From: Eledone cirrhosa
Lineage: Eukaryota
Reading direction: 5' to 3'
Assembly (NCBI GenBank): GCA_964016885.1
Contig: OZ024743.1
Coordinates: 316,324,001-316,388,000, forward strand
DNA: 64,000 nucleotides
This document shows, one piece after another, positions 27,511-39,445 of the stretch. Position numbers and translations under genes: made by a program. Under the pieces are notes generated by a model. The model was given only the letters and a program-made list of their open reading frames with translations, was not told the origin of the DNA and did not search any database. The first letter of the stretch is position 1. Each line of letters opens with the position of its first letter.

Positions 27511-29367
27511 GATAAATCTACCAAGAGTTTACGGTAGTGTCCAATCCGTATGAAGAACCCAATATAATCCGGATATCATGGAAAGAAGAGATGCATTCAA
27601 AAATCACTTTCGGTGAAAGATAAACGGAATACAGAGTCAAGATAAAATATTAAAAAAATAATGAATAAAACAATGAAACAGTTCCTTATATTAAACAAAA
27701 AAAGTTCATTATTTAACGATCGTTTCTAGGACATATATGTGTTAGAATTGGTATGTATACTCAACAGATCTATGTACAAAATTATACAAAATTATACAAA
27801 TTATCAAATATAATATACATACCAACACATACATATGCCGTCTTCAGAAATAATGAAATATATTTATTGATAATAACAACAATTCAAAATTACAGGTCTG
27901 TTTGGGAACAGAGTTCAAATTGACCAATGAAATACACAAAAATATATCAAGAAAATACAGTTAGGTGTGTGTATATATGTAAGTAACTTCGTTCACAGAT
28001 ATGCATAAAAATATATGTTCACATGCATACGCATGTCGAAAAAATGTATGTAAATACAAAAATTCAGGGCTAATGTCTCTGTATGTTTATAATCTACAGA
28101 TAAAATACACATACGCATATAAACATACATAGATTCATATATACACACATATATATACACACATTCACACACAACACGCGCATATACACATAAACATACA
28201 CATACCCACGAACATACACACACACACTCACACACACACACACACATATGTATATATTAATATTATAACTATATGGATATTTAGGCACACATAAACACTG
28301 CCACATATATTTTTACATCCAAATGCAGAAGTGGGTAAGGGGTTCAGTAATTACTAAAGGTGTCAGGGAAACTGCCTATTTATAAAATGTATCTATAAAT
28401 TTAGAAATAAAAAAGAAATATATTAAAAAAATATATATAAACAAGTAAAATATACTCATACATAAAATACATACCGATATACATATACATATATATACAC
28501 ATACACATATACATATATATATATATATATACACACACATACATACATACACATATACATACACACATATACATAGATACACATACACATACATATATAA
28601 ATACATAGACACACATACAAACACATATATATATACATATATTCACAACTCACATACATATATACACATATATGTACACACACATATATATATATATACA
28701 CATATATACATACAGACACATATATATACACATATATACACACATATATACATATATATATACATACACACACATATATACATATATATATATATACACA
28801 CACACAACACATACATATACGTATATATACACACACATACACATATCCATGTATGTATATACACATACAACCACACGCTCACACAACTCAGACATACATA
28901 AATAAAGAGATATACATACATACATATACACATATACATATATATATATATACAGGGTACCCGACCTCCCATGGGTACATGCTGAAGCATATAAACAATA
29001 TGCCCCCCCCCCCCTCCACCGCAAGGTGGCCGTGGAGGTGCCACGGCAAAAAAGCACCCAGCCCACACTGTAAAGTGGACGTGTAGGCGCCACGAAAAAG
29101 CACCCAGCACTCACTGTAAATGAGGTTGGTGTTAGGAAGGGCATCCAGCTGTAGAAATCAAGCCAGATCAGTTCCTGTATGAGCAAGGCATGGTCAGCCG
29201 ACCAGACACTGCCCACAACAGGACAACCCGTCTAACCCATGCTAGCGTGGAAGAACGGACGTAAAACGGTGATGATGATGATGATGATGATATATATATA
29301 TATACACATACACATAGATATATATACACAACCACACACACACACACACATATATATACATACACTC

Positions 29368-29410
<43 letters not shown>

Positions 29411-29597
29411 CACACATACACATAAATATATATAAAAAAATAAATAAATAAATAAATAAATAAATACAGTCAGACAATTATGCACACACATATATATATA
29501 TACACACATACACATACACACATCTCTACAAATATATATACACATATACACATGCACGCATACATATATACATACACACATACTTATATATAGAGAC

Positions 29598-29630
<33 letters not shown>

Positions 29631-31036
29631 CATATATATACATACATACATGGTGGCTGCCAACTCGTTTTCGAGTACGGCCACTACTTTATATCCATGT
29701 AGGAGAACCCCTACTGATGCGCTGAACGAGTGTGACTTTTTAGTCCAGCCAGCGACTTGAAAGCTCTGGTACAAACACTACACTTGTGACAATTATTGAC
29801 ACATAGTGCTGGGCCCATGGTACCATGTGACGACAAATGCAGAGAGATCTCCAGATATAAAGCAATGCCTGTGCCGTGAAGCTTTTATAGTGAGCAAAGG
29901 CACTGCACAAAGCCAGTCCCACTCTCTTAACCAAGATGATATTTACCAAAAAGAAGAACAAGTCAACATCATTGGATACCATCAGGGTTGCAGGTGTTAT
30001 ATCAGAGTTTTCCTTCTCCTAGAATTCTGCCTTGACAAAGGCTAAGGGGTCATCTCTCCCGGTGATTTTGGATGGCCATTGATTCTTAAGAGCTCCTTTG
30101 CCTTTTGACAGGTTTTGTTTTTAGTCCTGCAGGATGTCCAAAGTCACCCTCCTCACCAAGAAACCTTGGTGGGGTTGCCAGTTTAGTCGCCAACGACCCG
30201 ACCATGGGACAGGTTGTACTGGAATACATGTTACCAGTAGCACCAACTGGTGACCTGACATAGATACATATACATATATATACATACATATACATACATA
30301 CATATACATATATATACATACATACATATACATATATATACATACATACATACATATATATACATACATACATACATATGGTGGCTGCCAACTCGTTTTC
30401 GAGTACGGCCACTACTTTATATCCATGTAGGAGAACCCCTACCGAAGCGCTGAACGAGTGTGACTTTTTAGTCCAGCCAGCGACTTGAAAACTCTGGTAC
30501 AAACACTACACTTGTGACAATTATTGACACATAGTGCTGGGGCCATGGTACCATGTGAGGACAAGTGCAGAGAGATCTCCAGATATAAAGCAATGCCTGT
30601 GCCGTGAAGCTTTTATAGTGAGCAAAGGCACTGCACAAAGCCAGTCCCACTCTCTTAACCAAGATGATATTTACCAAAAAGAAGAACAAGTCAACATCAT
30701 TGGATACCATCAGGGTTGCAGGTGTTATATCAGAGTTTTCCTTCTCCTAGAATTCTGCCTTGACAAAGGCTAAGGGGTCATCTCTCCCGGTGATTCTGGA
30801 TGGCCATTGACTCTTAAGAGCTCCTTTGCCCTTTGACAGGTTTTGTTTTTAGTCCTGCAGGATGTCCAAAGTCACCCTCCTCACCAAGAAACCTTGGTGG
30901 GGTTGCCAGTTTAGTCGCCAACGACCCGACCATGAGACAGATTGTACTGGGATACATGTTACCAGTAGCACCAACTGGTGACCTGACATAACATACATAT
31001 ATATACATACATACATACATACATATATATACATAC

Positions 31037-31083
<47 letters not shown>

Positions 31084-31731
31084 CATAGACACTTATTTAC
31101 ATGCGTACATATGTATTTTTATACTCACATATAAACACCCAAACATACATACCTACTTACATACACATACATTCATCCACGCTTACAAATATAAATAATT
31201 ATAGGGGGGGGGGATTAAAATTATTAGTGGGAAAAAGTAAATATAGGTTTCAAGGAACATAGAATATTAATCTGCATTTAGATCATAATATATGTTTACA
31301 TAGTAGTTTCAGTATTAGGAAATGTAAGAAAGAAGGCAAAATTATGCATTTTAATATAAGTAGACTATTAATTAAAGGTTAACTAAAATAAAATTAGTTA
31401 ATATATTGATTTCTAAGGTGTATACTACTTAGGTTTATAATATTTGAAGCGGAATTTTGAAGTTAAACAGTAGTAGAATATTAATTATATCATAACTAAA
31501 TTAAAATATTAACATTATGGTATCAATATTAGGAAATGAATTTAGTAATAGGGAAAACCAAATCAAGTATTTCATCGGTAGTAGAATATAAATTATAGGT
31601 TAACTAAATTTAAAAATTATATATTAATTTCTATAGTATATGTTAATTAGGTTTATAATAATTAAAGCAGATTTTGTATTTTATCTATAGTAGAATATAA
31701 TTATAGGTTAACAAAAATTAAAAATAATATA

Positions 31732-31766
<35 letters not shown>

Positions 31767-34700
31767 TTTTAATTGTAAAGAATATATTAATTAGGTATAT
31801 ATTTAAAAATTTATCTCAGTTTATGATTACATGATATTCTGCAATCCATCTGTATTGGAATTTTAATTTTAAGCTAATTAAATTAAAATTATAGGTTAAC
31901 TAAATTAAAATTAATTTATAAATAAGTTTCTAAATTGTACATTAATTAGGTTTATAATATTAAAAAATATTTCTCTGTTATTGATTACACGATATTTTGT
32001 TATATTTCATCTATAAAGGAATTTTAATAAAAGGTTAAATAAACTAAAATTAATCTATAAATTAATTTACAAAGTATATATTAATTATGTTAATAATATT
32101 TAAAAGTTTTTCACTATTTATGATTACACAGTATTTTTTATCTCATCTGTATTAGAAATTTAATTAAATTAAATTTATAGGTTATCTACATTTAAATTAA
32201 ATTATATATTAATTTCTAAATTTCTAAAATATATATTATTATTTAGGTTTATAATATTTAAATGTTTTTCTCAGTTTATGATTACACGATATAATTAATT
32301 CCTGTCGCTTATTTAATAGGATATCCTTAGATTTCATTATTTCAAATAGTTCTTGGGAACATAATCTACATTCATTTCTATTATTTTGATAAGGGGTGGC
32401 TCTTTTGAGCACACTCCAGGTCATATCATATTCTATATTCTTATTTCTATAACTATTAATTTTTTCTGCTAGAGATGTTGTATTAGCCAGTGCGGCATTT
32501 TTAAAACTATGTTTGTGGGTATTAAACCTTACCTTAAAATTGTTAGAAGTAGCTCCTATATATGAGCAAATAGAATCTTTAGTTTTAACTTTACATTTAT
32601 AAACTATGTTGTTAACAAGACAATTTCCTTTTAATGGGCAGTTTGCTTTGTTTCTACAGTTACAACCTTTCGTTAATTCTGTATTTGAGGAGATATTATG
32701 GTTAGTTTGATGTATTGGTGGTATACTTATGGTTTTTTTACATTTATATGCATTATAGGCACTTATATTTTGTTTTATGTTTTTGGTTGTTGAGTATGAG
32801 AATTTAACTGTTGACCTATTTAAGATTTGATGGTATTTGTGGTTTGGCGGGAAGTTTTTCTCTAGGATATAAAAAATTTTTTTAGCAATATTATCCTTAA
32901 TTTGTAAATTAAATGGAGCATTATACCAAGTAACTCGTCTATTACGGTTTCTATGTTGTTTATTATTTTTATAGGTTGTATCGTGATGTTTACTAGGAGG
33001 ATTAATGTTAATGACATCACCACGCACATTTTTAGTTAGATTTATTGATTTAGGTGTTTTATCATGTTTATTACGAGTTTTATTGTTAACATTTATTAGA
33101 GTTGTATGATGAGTAGTTTTTTGAGAGTTACTATACTTTATATTAGAGGAGTTGTTGGTATTTTGGGGTATAGTGTGGGTGGCATTTAGGTGTGTACTTT
33201 TCATTTGGTGTTTGTTGGTAATATTAGGTTGTATGTTTATAGTATTTTTAGTAGAAGGTATATATTCTAATCTATTTTTGTGGCCACTTCTATCTAGAGC
33301 TTCGTTATAGAAGGTCGCATTTTTATCAAATACATCTTGGTTAGATGAAAGGTTAGAAATTCTAAGTGATATATTATATGCAAGGTTTTTAAGGATAGAT
33401 TTAGGGTGATTAGATTGTGAGTGTATGTAGTGTAAGTTTTGGTTGGGTTTATGGTAAGGTTGGTAGATACCTGTAGCTAAGTCTAAAGTTATATCTAGGA
33501 AATTAACTACTTTACTTGTGTTTTCAAAAGTAATATGAATGCCCATTAAAATTAATTTATAAATAAGTTTCTAAATTGTACATTAATTAGGTTTATAATA
33601 TTAAAAAATATTTCTCTGTTATTGATCCTGAAGGATCATAAATCAAACTTTAACTCAAATCCTTCTATAAGACTTATATGTCCCTCCAAATCTGATATTG
33701 GAATAATTAGCAAAAAAATTTTGGATAGAGTCATCCCACAAATAAGAAAACATGTTAATTTACCACTCTGGGAAAACACTTCCCAGGTAATTAACTGGTT
33801 TAAAAATATTAGATGTAAATCTTCTGCTTCATTTCTACAATTTGATATAGATAATTACTATTCTTCTATATCACCTATACTCCTGAACAAAGCTTTGATA
33901 TTTGCTAAAAATAGATCTAACTTAACTTTGGATGACATTAATATTATTACACATGCTAGACTAACACTTATTGAATTTCAGAATGAATATTGGACCAGAA
34001 ACACATATAGTAATCTATTTGATATTACTATGGGTTCAAGCGATTCTGCCCAAATTACTGATCTTGTGGGCCTCTTTCTTCTTTTCAATATAAATGCTTC
34101 CTTTCCCCACCTTAAAGGTGGTTTATATCGTGATGACTGTCTTCTTCTTTCCAACAACCTTAGCCTCTCAGAAATAGAAAAAAACAAAAAGCTTATTAGA
34201 ACTTTCCTTAAAGACTATTATAGTCTTCATATTACTTTTGAAAACACAAGTAAAGTAGTTAATTTCCTAGATATAACTTTAGACTTAGCTACGGGTATCT
34301 ACCAACCTTACCATAAACCCAACCAAAACTTACACTACATACACTCACAATCTAATCACCCTAAATCTATCCTTAAAAACCTTGCATATAATATATCACT
34401 TAGAATTTCTAACCTTTCATCTAACCAAGATGTATTTGATAAAAATGCGACCTTCTATAACGAAGCTCTAGATAGAAGTGGCCACAAAAATAGATTAGAA
34501 TATATACCTTCTACTAAAAATACTATAAACATACAACCTAATATTACCAACAAACACCAAATGAAAAGTACACACTTAAATGCCACCCACACTATACCCC
34601 AAAATACCAACAACTCCTCTAATATAAAGTATAGTAACTCTCAAAAAACTACTCATCATACAACTCTAATAAATGTTAACAATAAAACTTGTAATAAACA

Positions 34701-35998
34701 TGATAAAACACCTAAATCAATAAATCTAACTAAAAATGTGCGTGGTGATGTCATTAACATTAATCCTCCTAGTAAACATCACGATACAACCTATAAAAAT
34801 AATAAACAACATAGAAACCGTAATAGACGAGTTACTTGGTATAATGCTCCATTTAATTTACAAATTAAGGATAATATTGCTAAAAAAATTTTTTATATCC
34901 TAGAGAAAAACTTCCCGCCAAACCACAAATACCATCAAATCTTAAATAGGTCAACAGTTAAATTCTCATACTCAACAACCAAAAACATAAAACAAAATAT
35001 AAGTGCCTATAATGCATATAAATGTAAAAAAACCATAAGTATACCACCAATACATCAAACTAACCATAATATCTCCTCAAATACAGAATTAACGAAAGGT
35101 TGTAACTGTAGAAACAAAGCAAACTGCCCATTAAAAGGAAATTGTCTTGTTAACAACATAGTTTATAAATGTAAAGTTAAAACTAAAGATTCTATTTGCT
35201 CATATATAGGAGCTACTTCTAACAATTTTAAGGTAAGGTTTAATACCCACAAACATAGTTTTAAAAATGCCGCACTGGCTAATACAACATCTCTAGCAGA
35301 AAAAATTAATAGTTATAGAAATAAGAATATAGAATATGATATGACCTGGAGTGTGCTCAAAAGAGCCACCCCTTATCAAAATAATAGAAATGAATGTAGA
35401 TTATGTTCCCAAGAACTATTTGAAATAATGAAATCTAAGGATATCCTATTAAATAAGCGACAGGAATTAATTATATCGTGTAATCATAAACTGAGAAAAA
35501 CATTTAAATATTATAAACCTAAATAATAATATATATTTTAGAAATTTAGAAATTAATATATAATTTAATTTAAATGTAGATAACCTATAAATTTAATTTA
35601 ATTAAATTTCTAATACAGATGAGATAAAAAATACTGTGTAATCATAAATAGTGAAAAACTTTTAAATATTATTAACATAATTAATATATACTTTGTAAAT
35701 TAATTTATAGATTAATTTTAGTTTATTTAACCTTTTATTAAAATTCCTTTATAGATGAAATATAACAAAATATCGTGTAATCAATAACAGAGAAATATTT
35801 TTTAATATTATAAACCTAATTAATGTACAATTTAGAAACTTATTTATAAATTAATTTTAATTTAGTTAACCTATAATTTTAATTTAATTAGCTTAAAATT
35901 AAAATTCCAATACAGATGGATTGCAGAATATCATGTAATCATAAACTGAGATAAATTTTTAAATATATACCTAATTAATATATTCTTTACAATTAAAA

Positions 35999-36033
<35 letters not shown>

Positions 36034-36681
36034 TATATTATTTTTAATTTTTGTTAACCTATAATTATATTCTACTATAGATAAAATACAAAATCTGCTT
36101 TAATTATTATAAACCTAATTAACATATACTATAGAAATTAATATATAATTTTTAAATTTAGTTAACCTATAATTTATATTCTACTACCGATGAAATACTT
36201 GATTTGGTTTTCCCTATTACTAAATTCATTTCCTAATATTGATACCATAATGTTAATATTTTAATTTAGTTATGATATAATTAATATTCTACTACTGTTT
36301 AACTTCAAAATTCCGCTTCAAATATTATAAACCTAAGTAGTATACACCTTAGAAATCAATATATTAACTAATTTTATTTTAGTTAACCTTTAATTAATAG
36401 TCTACTTATATTAAAATGCATAATTTTGCCTTCTTTCTTACATTTCCTAATACTGAAACTACTATGTAAACATATATTATGATCTAAATGCAGATTAATA
36501 TTCTATGTTCCTTGAAACCTATATTTACTTTTTCCCACTAATAATTTTAATCCCCCCCCCCTATAATTATTTATATTTGTAAGCGTGGATGAATGTATGT
36601 GTATGTAAGTAGGTATGTATGTTTGGGTGTTTATATGTGAGTATAAAAATACATATGTACGCATGTAAATAAGTGTCTATG

Positions 36682-36728
<47 letters not shown>

Positions 36729-36941
36729 ATATATGTATATGTATGTATATATATGTCTCTATATATAAGTATGTGTGTATGTATATATGTATGCGTGCAT
36801 GTGTATATGTGTATATATATTTGTAGAGATGTGTGTATGTGTATGTGTGTATATATATATATATGTGTGTGCATAATTGTCTGACTGTGTATTTATTTAT
36901 TTATTTATTTTTTTATATATATTTATGTGTATGTGTGTATG

Positions 36942-36972
<31 letters not shown>

Positions 36973-37025
36973 GAGTGTATGTATATATGTGTGTGTGTGT
37001 GTGGTTGTGTATATATATCTATGTG

Positions 37026-37076
<51 letters not shown>

Positions 37077-37411
37077 GTGTATATGTATGTATGTATATCT
37101 CTTTATTTATGTATGTCTGAGTTGTGTGAGCGTGTGGTTGTATGTGTATATACATACATGGATATGTGTATGTGTGTGTATATATACGTATATGTATGTG
37201 TTGTGTGTGTGTATATATATATATATGTATATATGTGTGTGTATGTATATATATATGTATATATGTGTGTATATATGTGTATATATATGTGTCTGTATGT
37301 ATATATGTGTATATATATATATATGTGTGTTTGTATGTGTGTCTATGTATTTATATATGTATGTGTATGTGTATCTATGTATATGTGTGTATGTATATGT
37401 GTATGTATGTA

Positions 37412-37450
<39 letters not shown>

Positions 37451-37708
37451 GTGTATGTGTATATATACGTATATATGTGTGTGTATGTATATATATATGT
37501 ATATATGTGTGTATATATGTGTATATATATGTGTCTGTATGTATATATGTGTATATATATATATATGTGTGTGTATGTGTGTGTACATATATGTGTATAT
37601 ATGTATGTGAGTTGTGAATATATGTATATATATATGTGTGTTTGTATGTGTGTCTATGTATTTATATATGTATGTGTATGTGTATCTATGTATATGTGTA
37701 TGTATGTA

Positions 37709-37755
<47 letters not shown>

Positions 37756-39395
37756 GTGTATGTGTATATATATGTATATGTATATCGGTATGTATTTTAT
37801 GTATGAGTATATGTTACTTGTTTATATATATTTTTTTAATATATTTCTTTTTTATTTCTAAATTTATAGATACATTTTATAAATAGGCAGTTTCCCTGAC
37901 ACCTTTAGTAATTACTGAACCCCTTACCCACTTCTGCATTTGGATGTAAAAATATATGTGGCAGTGTTTATGTGTGTGCCTAAATATCCATATAGTTATA
38001 ATATTAATATATACATATGTGTGTGTGTGTGTGTGTGTATGTTCGTGGGTATGTGTATGTTTATGTGTATATGCTCGTGTTGTGTGTGAATGTGTGTATA
38101 TATGAATCTATGTATGTTTATATGCGTATGTGTATTTTATCTGTAGATTATAAACATACAGAGACATTAGCCCTGAATTTTTGTATTTACATACATTTTT
38201 TCGACATGCGTATGCATGTGAACATATATTTTTATGCATATCTGTGAACGAAGTTACTTACATATATACACACACCTAACTGTATTTTCTTGATATATTT
38301 TTGTGTATTTCATTGGTCAATTTGAACTCTGTTCCCAAACAGACCTGTAATTTTGAATTGTTGTTATTATCAATAAATATATTTCATTATTTCTGAAGAC
38401 GGCATATGTATGTGTTGGTATGTATATTATATTTGATAATTTGTATAATTTTGTATAATTTTGTATAATTTTGTACATAGATCTGTTGAGTATACATACC
38501 AATTCTAACACATATATGTCCTAGAAACGATCGTTAAATAATGAACTTTTTTTTTTGTTTAATATAAGGAACTGTTTCATTGTTTTATTCATTATTTTTT
38601 TAATATTTTATATATATATATATATTGTGTGCAGAGGATATACGCAGACTAGAGAGGAACGAAGCTTGCATGCTCCGCTGGATGTGTAACAGTAATATAC
38701 GTGAACGGCAAAGCATAAACGAACTAAGGAAAAAGTTAGAGATAAGAGGGATCAGATGTTGTTTACTCGAGAGAAGGCTACGTTGGTATGGACACGTGAT
38801 GCGCATGAAAGTCGATAGTTGTATAACAAAGTGCAGGGCAATAAAGATAGACGGTAGTCACGGAATAGGCAGACCTAGAAAAACCTGGGACGAGCTGATA
38901 AACTCCGACATCGCACACTTACACCTCTCCAAGACAATGTCACTGGACCGAGACCTTTGGCGGTACTCAGTAATAGAGAAGACCCGCCTTACCTAAATAT
39001 ATAGTAAAACCTACTCCAGCCAGTAGGCATCTCTAACAAAATACACCCCGTCCCACCCCCACACCACCCCGTTCTATGTAAAGTTATGTTGGTGCCGCGC
39101 CATCCAGGCCGAAACAAATGAGATCGTGTAGGTGTCATGACAAAAAAACACACAGTCCACGCTGTAATGTGGCCGTGTAGGCAACACGGTAAAAACCTCC
39201 CAGACCCACACTGTAAATGTGGTTGGTGTTAGGAAGGGCATCCAACTGTAGAAAACCTGCCAGACAGTCCTATGCGAGCAAGACAATCACTCTTGCCTCA
39301 AGTGGGACTACCCCCGTCCAAACCCATGCAAGCGTGGAACACGGACGTTAAACGTTGATGATGATGATGATGATGATATATATATAGCAGATGAC

Positions 39396-39445
<50 letters not shown>

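Larger units (their letters stand above)
27508..38611. mobile_element. Penelope-like retroelement (PLE), inverted dimer inserted in (TA)n in NOL6 intron 6
   Basis: Arms 27642-33539 and 34226-38611 are reverse complements. (TA)n flanks both sides, the left arm has a 134-nt extension (27508-27641), and the element carries an RT+GIY-YIG ORF and terminal HHRs. Confidence 0.92.

Noticed and set aside
30170-30260. HDV-like ribozyme at the 5' end of the bipartite RTE
   Set aside because: P4- and J4/2-like pieces are visible, but I could not build P1 and P3 convincingly by eye.
27990-38250. Many long YIYI/CVCV/HTHT ORFs in the six-frame track
   Set aside because: They are translations of (TA/TG/CA)n microsatellites, not genes.
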